64,000 bases of DNA from Candidatus Latescibacterota bacterium (GTDB taxonomy: Bacteria > Latescibacterota > UBA2968 > UBA8231), in the NCBI GenBank assembly GCA_965203175.1, contig OZ241867.1, forward strand, positions 512,001 to 576,000. Reading direction: 5' to 3'. Under the pieces are notes generated by a model. It was not told the DNA's origin, made no database searches, and saw only the letters and a list, made by a program, of their open reading frames with translations. This document shows, one piece after another, positions 46,801 through 56,329 of this stretch; within the stretch, counting starts at the first letter, position 1; every line of letters starts with the position of its first letter. The position numbers and the translations under genes were made by a program.

Positions 46801-47797
46801 GGCCGAGTCGCGGATGGCCAGCTTGCCCGGGCTAGTCGACGTCAAATCGTCGCTGCAGGCGGGCAACCCCGAGCTACAGATCAGCTACAAGCGCGACCAA
46901 CTCGCAACCTACGGCCTGTCGCTGCGCAACGTCGCCGAGTTGGTGCGCCACAAGGTGCAGGGCAAGGTCGCCACTGACTTCCGCCAAGACGAGCGCCAGA
47001 TCGACGTACTAGTGCGGCTGCGCGAGGAGGACCGCCTCGGGCTCGACGAGCTGCAGCGGCTGGTGATCAATCCCAATGCGCCTATTCCGATTCCGCTTTC
47101 CTCGGTGGCCGATATCCGGGTCAACGAAGGGCCGAGCGAGATCCGCCGTATTGACCAACAGCGCTCCGCAGTGGTCACGGCCAATATCCAAGGTGTCGAT
47201 CTGGGCACGGCCTCGGGCCTGATCCACGACGAACTGAGCAGAATGGACTTCCCGGTGGGTTTCGACTTTATGATCAGCGGCCAGAACGAAGAGATGGAGA
47301 CCTCGTTGCAGAGTCTCTACTTCGCCTTGGTGCTGGCGATCTTCCTCGTCTATGTGGTGATGGCCAGCCAGTTTGAGTCGCTGGTCCACCCCTTCGTCAT
47401 TATGTTCACGGTGCCCCTAGCGTTGATCGGCGTGGTGGTGGCGCTCTATCTGGCGCAGGCAGCTCTGAGCGTGGTAGTTTTTATCGGCCTGATCATGCTG
47501 GCCGGCATTGTCGTCAACAACGCCATCGTGCTCATTGACTATATCAACACCTTGCGCCGCACCGGCATGGAAAAGACCCAGGCCATCATCCAGGCCGGCA
47601 CCGTGCGGCTGCGCCCGATTACCATGACCACGACAACGACAGTCTTGGGGCTGTTGCCGATGGCTTTGGGGCTGGGCGAGGGGGCCGAGATCCGCACGCC
47701 GATGGCCCTGACCGTAATCGCCGGCCTCGTCTCTTCCACCTTCCTCACCCTCGTGGTGATCCCGACCGTTTATTCACTAGTCGATCGCCGGGCCTAG
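43892..47797 (+). CDS. RND efflux permease with two large insertions
   Basis: RRPVA, PEEVE, GMLVDNSIVVLE, VVNNAIVLID, RLRPITMT. 1301 aa versus about 1030-1050 aa typical. Confidence 0.92.
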   Translation: MSSAERPLQQPVSTSRFAIATRRPVAILMVVLAVCVFGWVSYQRLSLNLMPDISYPTLTVRTEYPGTAPEEVETLLSRPLEQELGIVPHLVNISSISKAGQSDIILEFEWDTDMNAMSQEIREKADRVWLPQDAEKPLLLRYDPSLDPIMRIGLHGPQDLYALRYLAEHEIKRELEALVGVAAVKIKGGLEEEIHVALNERQISVMGLDINQINNRLAQNNVNLPGGNLREGQVEYLIRTLNEFATVDEIAELIVARQGDADVYLRDIAKVSRSHKDREIITRVNGRESVEIEIYKEADANIVAVADRVRNALFGLPEQRAYVEQKTREAQEMAKRSEEQKKQEQEEARKKQEAAKADSTKNEEEQKKELEKKKQEEARKAMEHLRMTDFIGHRLPPGAKLEILSDQSGFIENSITEVQINAIIGGTMAVLVLLVFLRNVVHTLIVGLTIPVSIMATFAPMYMFDVSLNIMSLGGLALGIGMLVDNSIVVLESIFRCREEGDDLVQATVRGTSEVGTAVLASTLTTITVFFPIVFVEGVAGQIFGDMALTVVFSLLASLGVALYFIPMLASRQIDRQGGLAEQIGRSDFLRLQALSRARAVLSEPGSRWRKAAQVALSLPYLVGEVLLRVGLAAATLVAALIKGAFLLVAELLWWLIKPVEFFWFKREQTFQSWLGAWAAESRVGQWTFFERVWPGILGFESPRILGETVQRYWRWVNRSEHLAWKILKSLSLPLVLFYLVAMRFVFGTALRLVGIVLQVVLMLVGLVLVLALCLLGMALMPVFLPLLFVFERGFGLVQQTYPALLGWALRQRLLIIGGALAALLVCWYKLLPELGTELIPQVHQAEFNLDLRLPVGTPLEETAEIVRQIEELAGKQPQVARVATTVGTDRSASSSAEEGEHTAQVTIRMQEGSSAAQEAALIRHLRDEVDEIPEIEVEVSHPALFSFKTPIEVEIRGYNLRQLRQLSLEAESRMASLPGLVDVKSSLQAGNPELQISYKRDQLATYGLSLRNVAELVRHKVQGKVATDFRQDERQIDVLVRLREEDRLGLDELQRLVINPNAPIPIPLSSVADIRVNEGPSEIRRIDQQRSAVVTANIQGVDLGTASGLIHDELSRMDFPVGFDFMISGQNEEMETSLQSLYFALVLAIFLVYVVMASQFESLVHPFVIMFTVPLALIGVVVALYLAQAALSVVVFIGLIMLAGIVVNNAIVLIDYINTLRRTGMEKTQAIIQAGTVRLRPITMTTTTTVLGLLPMALGLGEGAEIRTPMALTVIAGLVSSTFLTLVVIPTVYSLVDRRA

Positions 47798-47806
47798 GAG
47801 GAACCG

Positions 47807-50800
47807 ATGGAAAAGCCAAACCAGTATCCTCTGCCGCGCTTTTCGGTCAACCGGCCGGTGACCGTGGTGATGTCGCTGGTCGCGCTGCTAGTGGTGGGCT
47901 ACATCGCCTACACGCGGATCCCGCTGACGCTTTTCCCCGAAGGCTTTGACTATCCCCGACTCTTCGCCTGGGCTCACTATCCCAACGCTGGAGCAGTCGA
48001 AGTCGAGCAGAAGGTAGTGCGCCACCTCGAAGAGGCCGTCGCCCAAGTCAGTCGGGTCAAGCGAATCCGCTCCAGCGCCTATAACAGCGGCGGCAATGTC
48101 CGGGTCGAGTTCCAGAAGGGCACTGACCTGCAATTGGCCTTCGCCGAGATGAAGGACCGACTCGACCGAGTGATGCCCGAACTGCCCGACGAGATCGAGC
48201 AACTGTGGGTGCGGCGCTGGGATCAAAACGACATCCCGATCATGGAGGGCGCCATCATCTTAGAGGGCCAATACGTCGATCCGCGCAAACTCATCGACAC
48301 CTATGTGGAGCCGGCGCTGCGCCGCGTCGATGGGGTCGGCAATATTGAACTTTGGGGCTCGCCCAGCAAACAAGTCATAGTCGAGTTAGACAAAGGCAAG
48401 GTGCGCGGCCATGGGATCAATGTCTTTGACGCGCTCACCAGCCTGCGCGCCCAAAATCTCACCGTGCCCGGGGGCTGGGTGATCGAGGGAGGCAAGAAGA
48501 TCTACGTGCGTTCAGTGGGCCGCTTCCAAAACATCGAAGAGCTTGCCAACACCGTGGTCGATCCCGAACACCAGCTACGGCTGGGCGACATCGCCGAGGT
48601 CGCCTATAAGCAGCCAGAGAAAGACTGGGTCAACCGCATTGACCGCAAGGAGTCGCTGGGCTTCGGCGTCACCAAGGCGTCGGGTGCCAATGTCGTCGAG
48701 GTTTCCAACGGCGTGAAGGAGGAGCTGGAAAAGCTGAAGGATCATCCCAAGCTCGAAGGCTTGGACTTCAAGATGTTCTGGAACCAAGGCGACCAAGTGA
48801 TCAACTCGGTTAACAATCTCAAAACTTCCGGCCTATGGGGTGGGCTATTCGCGGCCATCGTGCTCTTTTTCTTTTTGCGCGCAGTGCGCATCACGCTGAT
48901 CATCACCTTGGCGATCCCGCTGTCGCTTCTGACGACGATTATCGCCCTGTACTTCATAGGCTGGTCGTTGAATGTGTTGACGATGATGGGCCTGATGCTG
49001 AGCCTAGGACTGGTGGTTGACAACGCCATCGTCATCGTCGAAAACATCTACCGCAAGCGCCAAGAAGGCATTGCCCCGCGCACGGCTTCGGTTGACGGGG
49101 CCGGCGAGGTGGGGCTGGCAGTGACCATGGCAACCCTGACGACGGTGGTGGTCTTCCTGCCCCTGATTCTGATGAGCGACGAGGAGATGTTTTCGTTCTT
49201 CATGCTCAGAATCGGCCTGCCGGTCATCGTGGGGCTGGTGGCCTCGCTGATCATCGCCCTGATCTTTATCCCCCTCGCCGCACTCAAGCTCTCGACGAAA
49301 AAGGAACGGGGCGAGTCGAGGATGATCCTCTGGTCCCGCAAGCACTACATGCGCTCGCTGGGCTGGGTGCTAAACAATCGCCTCGACGCCTTCGTCATCG
49401 CCTTGGTCCTTTCTGCCAGCATCATGATCCCGCTGGATGGCATGGAGCGCACCGACAGTCAGGAGCGCAACGAGGTGCGGATGGACTTGGCCTTTGAAAT
49501 GCCTTCGGGCCAGTCGCTAGACCAGGCCGAGAAGTTCATGACCGCCGTCGAGGACACGGTGATGGCCCACAAGGCCGAGTACAACGTCGAAATGCTGCGC
49601 ACCTACTTCCGCCGTGGCTGGGGCCGGGTAACGCTGTTTTTCGTCGAAGAAGAGGACGTGGAGTGGTATGAGGTGGCCTGGGACAATCTGAACATCGCGC
49701 TGGGTCTGAAGGAACAGGAGTACCTCTCCTACAAGGAAGTCGAGAAGGATATCCGCGAGCGGCTTTACCTGCCGCCGGGCATTACCTTGCGGGTCAACTG
49801 GGAAAACTCCGAGCAGGATGCCCGAGTCAATGTCAGCCTGTATGGCGAAGACACCAAGGTGCTGGTCGGGCTGGCCGCCGAGGTCGAGCGGCGGCTGGAG
49901 AGCATACCCGGCTTGCTGTCGGTCAACACCGACATGGACCGCGGCGGCACCGAGCTACAGTTGCGCCTCGATCGCGACCAAATTCAGCGCTTCGGCGTGG
50001 ATCCCCAGCAGGTTTCGGGAGCCATCGCCTACGCACTGCGCGGCACGGACATCAACAAGTTCCACACCGACGATGGCCGCGAAGTCGATATCCGCGTGCG
50101 GCTAGCCAACTACGACAGCCAGAGCCTAGACGACCTGCGCACCCAGAACTTTCCCACCGACGACGGCCGCGAAGTATCCCTCGAAGCGCTGGCCGACATC
50201 TACGTCGAGCGCACGTTGGGCAATATCCGGCGCGAAAACCGGCAGACCATGCTCAATGTCAGCGCTCGCGCCGCCAAGGACCGGGCGCAACATCTTTTCG
50301 GCCAAGTCGATCGGGTGATGCAGGGCTTTGAGATGCCGCGCGGTTACCGCTGGGACAAGGGCGCTCGCTTTGTGGAGTTGGAGGAGCAGGACCAGTCGCG
50401 GAACTTCGCCCTTATCATGTCCGTGACGTTCGTCTTTTTGCTAATGGGGGTGCTCTTCGAATCGTTCGTGCTGCCGCTATCGGTGATCGTGTCCATCCCA
50501 TTCTCCTTCCTCGGCGTTTGCTGGGTTCTATATGTGACCGACACGCCCTTTGAAATCATGTCCGCGATCGGCTCGGTGATCCTGATCGGCGTGGTGGTCA
50601 ACAACGCCATCGTGCTGATCGATTTGGCCAACCGGCTCCGGGCCGAGGGCAAGTCGCGCTACGACGCATTGGTGGCGGCCGGCCGCCACCGCTTCCGGCC
50701 AATCCTGATGACGACCTTCACCACTGCTTTCGGGTTGATCCCAATGGCCGCGGGCAATTCCAAGATGATAGGCACAGAGTACGCGCCGCTGGGACGGACG

Positions 50801-50950
50801 ATGATCGGGGGCCTGCTGGCTTCCATGGTACTGACGCTGCTGTTGGTGCCGCTGTTTTACACCTTTTTCGACGATTTCCGCACGGCGATGCAGCGGATTA
50901 TGACATCGGCGTTTGGGCGCAAGGAAGAGGCGAGCGACTCACCGTCCTAA
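47807..50950 (+). CDS. RND efflux permease (second subunit)
   Basis: NRPVT, GLVVDNAIVIVENI, VVNNAIVLID, RFRPILMT. GGAGG RBS. Confidence 0.93.
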   Translation: MEKPNQYPLPRFSVNRPVTVVMSLVALLVVGYIAYTRIPLTLFPEGFDYPRLFAWAHYPNAGAVEVEQKVVRHLEEAVAQVSRVKRIRSSAYNSGGNVRVEFQKGTDLQLAFAEMKDRLDRVMPELPDEIEQLWVRRWDQNDIPIMEGAIILEGQYVDPRKLIDTYVEPALRRVDGVGNIELWGSPSKQVIVELDKGKVRGHGINVFDALTSLRAQNLTVPGGWVIEGGKKIYVRSVGRFQNIEELANTVVDPEHQLRLGDIAEVAYKQPEKDWVNRIDRKESLGFGVTKASGANVVEVSNGVKEELEKLKDHPKLEGLDFKMFWNQGDQVINSVNNLKTSGLWGGLFAAIVLFFFLRAVRITLIITLAIPLSLLTTIIALYFIGWSLNVLTMMGLMLSLGLVVDNAIVIVENIYRKRQEGIAPRTASVDGAGEVGLAVTMATLTTVVVFLPLILMSDEEMFSFFMLRIGLPVIVGLVASLIIALIFIPLAALKLSTKKERGESRMILWSRKHYMRSLGWVLNNRLDAFVIALVLSASIMIPLDGMERTDSQERNEVRMDLAFEMPSGQSLDQAEKFMTAVEDTVMAHKAEYNVEMLRTYFRRGWGRVTLFFVEEEDVEWYEVAWDNLNIALGLKEQEYLSYKEVEKDIRERLYLPPGITLRVNWENSEQDARVNVSLYGEDTKVLVGLAAEVERRLESIPGLLSVNTDMDRGGTELQLRLDRDQIQRFGVDPQQVSGAIAYALRGTDINKFHTDDGREVDIRVRLANYDSQSLDDLRTQNFPTDDGREVSLEALADIYVERTLGNIRRENRQTMLNVSARAAKDRAQHLFGQVDRVMQGFEMPRGYRWDKGARFVELEEQDQSRNFALIMSVTFVFLLMGVLFESFVLPLSVIVSIPFSFLGVCWVLYVTDTPFEIMSAIGSVILIGVVVNNAIVLIDLANRLRAEGKSRYDALVAAGRHRFRPILMTTFTTAFGLIPMAAGNSKMIGTEYAPLGRTMIGGLLASMVLTLLLVPLFYTFFDDFRTAMQRIMTSAFGRKEEASDSPS

Positions 50951-52429
50951 GCGGAAGACCTGATAGGACACGGAGGGGCAGCCGGCACGGCGGCGATCTA
51001 TTTCCGCGATCAATTCCCGCTGCGGATACGTAGCGCGCAGCGATTCGGGTACCTTTCCACCTGTCCGCACGGCGAAGAGCACTTCTTCTGGATAGGACGC
51101 CTTGCGCTGCCCGTAAAAATCCGTCAAGTCCCGAAACCTCGGATCATCGACCGTGTAGTATTCCCGCTCCACCCTTCCATAATACGCCAGCGCAAACGGT
51201 ATGCTGTACTGCGTGCTCAGCAGCGGCAGCGGTGGAATAACCTCCTCCACGTCCGCAGCGAAACGGTACCAGCCACCGTACTCGCAGAGCCGCTCGCTCC
51301 ACGAGTAGGAAGGCTCGCGGACCCGGTCTTCCTCCGACACCAAGCCAACATAGCTTTTGTCCAGCCCACTGCGCGCGGCTAGATCGCCGTAGAGACCGGG
51401 GTATTTCAGTCCTAGGCCGATGGCGAGCGCTTGCAGCAGCCCGGTGGCGACGACAGCGACGAGCAGCCAGCGCCTAGGCTGCGCCGCAAACGCCACAGGC
51501 CACAGGCTCAGCAAGCCCGGCAGGAGCCAGTTGCCCTTGATCTGACCGCGGCCGAGCGCGAAAAACAAAAAAGCGCCGATGGTACACAGCGCGGGAAGCA
51601 GGACGAGGAGGTCGCGCTGTTTGGCTGCCCGCACCAAGCCGGCATAGAGCAGAAACAGCAAAAACGGCGACGAGAAAAAGAGCGGACTGACCGCAAAGAA
51701 GAGCAGACGCGAAAGAGGATGGCTAAGATCTTCAATGCGCGAAAGGGAGCTCAACGTCTGCGGCAGATAGAAGTCGGTACTAAACTGGGCGTAGGAGAGC
51801 GGTGCGGCGACAGCGACAGCGGGCAGTAGAAATGCGGCGAGCCGGTGCCAACGCTCTTTCCCTCGTTGATCGAGCGCGATCCACAGACCAAGCCCGCCGA
51901 CGAGAAAGGCACCCGAGTATTTACAGAGGACGGCCAAGCCCGCCGCTAAACCCGTGTATACATACGGCCGGAGCGCATTGGTTGCTTCGGCCTGCCGCGC
52001 CATGCACAGGGCCAGTAGCCAACAGGGGACTAAGAAGCCATCGGGATGCAGGTAGGAACTGGTGTGCCAAATCCAATGGCTGAGCGCGAAGGCAGCGGCG
52101 GCCCACAGCGCTAGTTGCTTGGCGAGACCCTGCATCTTGCAAAGCCAATAGACGAGCGCGGTAGAAAGCGCGCCCAATAAAACAGAGGGAAGCCGTAGGA
52201 ACCACTCTTGGTGTGGGTAGAGCGAATGGGCCAACTTGAAGACGGCCAAGGGCAAGAGCGCGTAGGAGGCGTCGAGGTGCTGTCCCCAATACCAGTAAAC
52301 GGCCTCGTCCTTGCCCAGCTCCACATCGGCAATCAGCCTGAGCTTGAGCAGGGTATAGGCGCCCAGCAGGACGAGGCACAGCAGATTGACGCTGTTGGGG
52401 CCGCCGCGTATATTGAGAAACCTGAACAC
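50939..52429 (-). CDS. ArnT/PMT-like GT-C membrane glycosyltransferase
   Basis: DEAVYWYWGQHL, LRLPS, HPD, GLAVLCKYSG. Confidence 0.8.
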   Translation of the reverse strand: MFRFLNIRGGPNSVNLLCLVLLGAYTLLKLRLIADVELGKDEAVYWYWGQHLDASYALLPLAVFKLAHSLYPHQEWFLRLPSVLLGALSTALVYWLCKMQGLAKQLALWAAAAFALSHWIWHTSSYLHPDGFLVPCWLLALCMARQAEATNALRPYVYTGLAAGLAVLCKYSGAFLVGGLGLWIALDQRGKERWHRLAAFLLPAVAVAAPLSYAQFSTDFYLPQTLSSLSRIEDLSHPLSRLLFFAVSPLFFSSPFLLFLLYAGLVRAAKQRDLLVLLPALCTIGAFLFFALGRGQIKGNWLLPGLLSLWPVAFAAQPRRWLLVAVVATGLLQALAIGLGLKYPGLYGDLAARSGLDKSYVGLVSEEDRVREPSYSWSERLCEYGGWYRFAADVEEVIPPLPLLSTQYSIPFALAYYGRVEREYYTVDDPRFRDLTDFYGQRKASYPEEVLFAVRTGGKVPESLRATYPQRELIAEIDRRRAGCPSVSYQVFRLGR

Positions 52430-52462
52430 AGTAGAACAATTCAGAATTATGGAGATGTTTTA

Positions 52463-53071
52463 ATGGCTGAAAAAGAAGAAGATCTGCTCAAAACCCTCCA
52501 GGAAAAAAACTTGGAGGAGAGCCTGTACAAAGCGCGTAAAATATTTCTCTGGTCCGACGTCAACGACGAGTCGGCCAAAGCGGTGGTCACTCGCCTGCTT
52601 TCTCTGGACGTCGAGGATCCAACCGAAGAAATCGTCCTCTACATCAACAGTCCCGGCGGCTCGGTTCACGACGGCATGGCCATCTACGACGCCATGCTGG
52701 CGATTCAGGCACCCGTTTCCACCGTGTGCATGGGCATGGCCATGAGCATGGGCTCGTTCCTGCTGTCGGCTGGCGAGCCAGGGCGTCGCTTCGCCTGGCC
52801 ACACGCCCGGATTATGATCCATCAGCCGAGCCTTATGCACACCATCACCGGCACGGCGATCGACCTCGACATCCGCGCTAAAGAAACCATCCGCCTGCGC
52901 GAAGAGCTAAACGCGCTCTACGCCAAGCACACCGGCCAAGATGTCGAGAAAATCGCCAAGGACACGGACCGCGACTTCTTCATGTCGGCTGAGGAAGCCA
53001 AAGAGTACGGCCTGCTCGACGACATAATCACCACCACGGCTCCCTCGCCCAACGGGTACGCCAAAAAGTAG
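52463..53071 (+). CDS. clpP: ATP-dependent Clp protease proteolytic subunit
   Basis: LYINSPGGSV, GMAMSMG (catalytic Ser), MIHQP, DTDRDFFMSAEEAKEYGL. Confidence 0.96.
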   Translation: MAEKEEDLLKTLQEKNLEESLYKARKIFLWSDVNDESAKAVVTRLLSLDVEDPTEEIVLYINSPGGSVHDGMAIYDAMLAIQAPVSTVCMGMAMSMGSFLLSAGEPGRRFAWPHARIMIHQPSLMHTITGTAIDLDIRAKETIRLREELNALYAKHTGQDVEKIAKDTDRDFFMSAEEAKEYGLLDDIITTTAPSPNGYAKK

Positions 53072-53098
53072 CTCCGTCCCTTCGTTTCTTGCTCATCG

Positions 53099-53126
53099 CG
53101 CCGGTCCCCAACGGGGCCGGCGTTTT
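53099..53126 (+). terminator. Intrinsic terminator after clpP
   Basis: CGCCGGTCCCC-AAC-GGGGCCGGCG-TTTT, between convergent genes. Confidence 0.65.
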
Positions 53127-53932
53127 CATTGGCAACTCGGGCAATAGAAGGTGTTGCGGCCTCCCAAGTAGAAGCTCTCGATGGGCGCATCGCAGACGCG
53201 GCAGTCCTCGCCTTGGCGACCGTACACGTGGAGCCGCTGCTGGAAGCGTCCGCCCGCACCCGACCCCTGATAGTCGCTAATAGTCGTGCCGCCTTGGTCA
53301 ATGGCGACGCGCAGCACCTTTTTGATCTCCTTGGCCAGCAGGGCCAAGCGCAACGGCTCAATGGCCGCGGCTGGGGTCGCTGGGTGGATGCGCGCTCGGA
53401 AGAGGGCCTCGCTGGCGTAGATATTGCCCACTCCGACGACCATGCGACTGTCCATAATGAGGCTCTTGATCGGGCTTTTGCGCCGCTGGCATTGAGCTTG
53501 AAGATAGCGGGCATTGAAGGCGCGGGAGAGCGGCTCGGGACCGAGGTTTTGCAAGTACCGGCACGTGTGCTCCTCACCCCCGTCGAACACCAGCACTAGG
53601 CCAAAGCGCCTCGGATCGTTGAACGCCACAGCACCCCCGTCGGCAAACTCAAAGCCCACGTGGTCGTGCTTGGTGCCCCACGGCCGCAGGAGCAGATTGC
53701 CGCTCATGCCGAGATGGACCAAGAGCGTCCGACCCGATTGCAGGTCGAGAAGGAGGAACTTGGCACGGCGGCGCGCGGCCGCAAAGCAGTCTCCGACCAA
53801 GGAGCGCAGCGCAGTCCTCGGCAACGGCTCGCGCAGGCGTTTCGCACTGACGCGGACGCGAGTGATCGACCGGCCTAGCAGGTGGCACTCCATTGCGCTA
53901 CGGACGGTTTCTACCTCGGGTAACTCAGGCAT
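53126..53932 (-). CDS. mutM: Formamidopyrimidine-DNA glycosylase
   Basis: MPELPEVE, HLGMSG, DPRRFG, GVGNIYASEALF, C-terminal zinc finger. Confidence 0.97.
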   Translation of the reverse strand: MPELPEVETVRSAMECHLLGRSITRVRVSAKRLREPLPRTALRSLVGDCFAAARRRAKFLLLDLQSGRTLLVHLGMSGNLLLRPWGTKHDHVGFEFADGGAVAFNDPRRFGLVLVFDGGEEHTCRYLQNLGPEPLSRAFNARYLQAQCQRRKSPIKSLIMDSRMVVGVGNIYASEALFRARIHPATPAAAIEPLRLALLAKEIKKVLRVAIDQGGTTISDYQGSGAGGRFQQRLHVYGRQGEDCRVCDAPIESFYLGGRNTFYCPSCQ

Positions 53933-54034
53933 GGGCAGAGTATAGAAGCCTCCCGTAGAAGCGTCAAACATTGCCGACCCGTCTGCGGTTGGTATATTGA
54001 AAACCCTCACCCCAAAACCTAGGAGCTTTGATCC

Positions 54035-55396
54035 ATGGATCTGACGAGACAACCACCCCGCCGACCCTCCAACGCTCAAGTCGCCGGCATCGTCGGGCTA
54101 GCGCGCATGATCGACAAGGCGCGCGGCCACAACGCCGAGACCATCGGCGAGTTCAAGTACGGAGACGACTCCGGCCTCGACGTCGAAGTGCTCGAATTTA
54201 TCAATATGGACGCCGCCGAGTTCGCCGAGGCTGTCGCCGAACTAGACGACGAGACCTTAGGCGTCATGGCGCTGGAAAGAGCACAGAAAGGCCAGTCGGA
54301 GATCGACGCCTTCAACGAGGAACACCTTGCGCGCGAGCCGCAAGACGAGCTACACGAGCGGCTGCTCGTCGAACGCATCGCCAAGTACGCCCCAGACCGC
54401 ACGGACATCAAAACAGTCTTCGCCTCCATCGAGCTAGACGATTGGGGCGCGTTCAGAGACCTAGACCTAACCTCCCAACCACCGCGCAGCCCATATATCC
54501 GTAGCGTCTTCGGCGTAGCGGGCACGGCGCGCATGGCCGACAAGGCGCGGGCAGTCACCTGCGGCAAGTTAGGCGAGTACCGCTTCGGTGCCGACTCCAG
54601 CCAAGACGCGGCCATCCTAGAATTCTTGGGCATTGCAGAGGACGCCTTTCGCCAAGCGGCGTACGAAAACCCCAACGACGACGAGCTGAGCGAGTGGATC
54701 GCCGAACGCTGCGAGAGATCAGCCGCGGACAAAAGCGCCTTCAGCGTCTGCCGCGCTAATGTCGGCCGCCATCCTGCCCACCCGCTCCATCATTCATATC
54801 ACCCGGATATATTCGACGCCTCCGGTAACTACGACCAGATGCGCGAACGGCTCGCCTCGCGCCGCGCCGAAATCGCGCCCGAGCGCACAGATGTCCAGAG
54901 CTTCTTCGACCTGCAAGACCTCGACGACGAGTTGAGTTTTGGGCTGACGGACTTGCGCCGGCATCCACCGCGCAGCCCATTTGATCTGAGCGTCGGCGGC
55001 CTCGCCTGCCTAGCGCGGATGATCGACAAATTCCGCGCAGCGCACTGCAATTGTCTGGGCGAGTACTGGTGCGGCGAGGATTCGGGTTTTGACCGCGCAG
55101 TGCTGGACTTTCTTGGCCTCGACCAAGAAGCCTTCGCCGAGGCAATTGCGGCCAATGAAACCGACGCGGCGATAGCGGCGTGGCTGGGCGAGCGGCTCTC
55201 CAACAAAAACGAGGAAGACAAGGCAGAGTTTAACCAACGGCTCCTGACCGCCAGCCCGCGCAACGACCGGCAGCAGAGCTTTTTGCTCAATGCCGTCTCC
55301 CAGCTCGACGCCTCGCGCACCGACATCGAGAGCTTTGCAGCCCTGACCCTGCTCGACGACAAGGTCTCCTTCGCAAGGCTCAAGGCCGGCGTCTGA
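54035..55396 (+). CDS. Protein with three tandem DUF5069-like domains
   Basis: Three repeats of PPRxP...ARMxDKxR...GEY/F.xG.DS..D...L.F. AGGAG RBS. Confidence 0.75.
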   Translation: MDLTRQPPRRPSNAQVAGIVGLARMIDKARGHNAETIGEFKYGDDSGLDVEVLEFINMDAAEFAEAVAELDDETLGVMALERAQKGQSEIDAFNEEHLAREPQDELHERLLVERIAKYAPDRTDIKTVFASIELDDWGAFRDLDLTSQPPRSPYIRSVFGVAGTARMADKARAVTCGKLGEYRFGADSSQDAAILEFLGIAEDAFRQAAYENPNDDELSEWIAERCERSAADKSAFSVCRANVGRHPAHPLHHSYHPDIFDASGNYDQMRERLASRRAEIAPERTDVQSFFDLQDLDDELSFGLTDLRRHPPRSPFDLSVGGLACLARMIDKFRAAHCNCLGEYWCGEDSGFDRAVLDFLGLDQEAFAEAIAANETDAAIAAWLGERLSNKNEEDKAEFNQRLLTASPRNDRQQSFLLNAVSQLDASRTDIESFAALTLLDDKVSFARLKAGV

Positions 55397-56088
55397 TGTC
55401 CCGCCCGCTCATCGGCATCACCAGCAGCCTAAACGCCGACGGCGATCAAGTCCTCGAGTACCAATACGTGGACGCGGTCGTGCAGGCGGGTGGTGCTCCG
55501 CTCGTGCTGCCCATGACCATGGATCGCGCTCCGCTGCAAGCGGTACTAGAGCGCATCGACGGTCTGTTGATCACCGGCGGCCCGGGCATTGAGCGCGGCC
55601 TGATCGGCACCCTGCCCAGCGATCTACCGCCGGTGGCAGCCAAGCGCGACCAATCCGACCGCTGGAGCTTTGCGGCCGCGCAAGAGCGCCAGTTGCCGGT
55701 TTTGGGCATCTGCTACGGAATGCAGTTTATCAGCGCCGAGTTGGGCGGCACGATTTGGGCGGACGTGGAAGCCCAACTCGGCGTTGAGCCGCATGCGCAA
55801 CAGCGGACTGCGGACAATTGGATCGAGCACGATCTCCAGGTAGAGTCGGGCACAGTGCTAGCTGCGCTGGGCCTTGCTGGGCCTTCGCAAGTCAATTCCA
55901 ATCACATGCAGGCCATTGACCGGCCCGGCGCGGGCTTGGACATCAGCGGGCGCAGCGGCGATGGCATCGTAGAGGCGGTTGAGAGCGCGGATGGCCGCTT
56001 GATTGGCGTACAGTTTCACCCGGAGCGCATGCCTACGACGATTTGGGTGAAGCTATTTGAGCACTTAGTGAAGCGGGCGGTGGGATAG
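55396..56088 (+). CDS. Peptidase C26 / gamma-glutamyl-GABA hydrolase (PuuD-like)
   Basis: RPLIGIT, DGLLITGG, LGICYGMQ, VNSNH.QA, GVQFHPE. TGATG coupling to the upstream gene. Confidence 0.9.
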   Translation: MSRPLIGITSSLNADGDQVLEYQYVDAVVQAGGAPLVLPMTMDRAPLQAVLERIDGLLITGGPGIERGLIGTLPSDLPPVAAKRDQSDRWSFAAAQERQLPVLGICYGMQFISAELGGTIWADVEAQLGVEPHAQQRTADNWIEHDLQVESGTVLAALGLAGPSQVNSNHMQAIDRPGAGLDISGRSGDGIVEAVESADGRLIGVQFHPERMPTTIWVKLFEHLVKRAVG

Positions 56089-56283
56089 GAGCACTAGGTT
56101 TACTATGGATTGCCTAGCTGGGGTGTGATTGTCTGCGAACCATAGAGGACCTGCCAACAATATGCGACTGCCGCTCAAAACGTGGCTGGAGGCAAGACGA
56201 GCGGGCGGAGATCACGGGGAGGACGGTGAAGTAGATGGAGGGTACCGTTTTCCTGTGATTTTCTCTTGATTTATTAGCCAAAT

Positions 56284-56329
56284 CAGACATATTGACACTA
56301 TTTACAATTAAGTGGAGGCAATATGTCTG
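56284..56329. promoter_or_regulatory. 11-bp inverted repeat CAGACATATTG/CAATATGTCTG, probable AbiEi operator
   Basis: Perfect IR spanning the RBS and start codon of abiEi. Confidence 0.65.
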
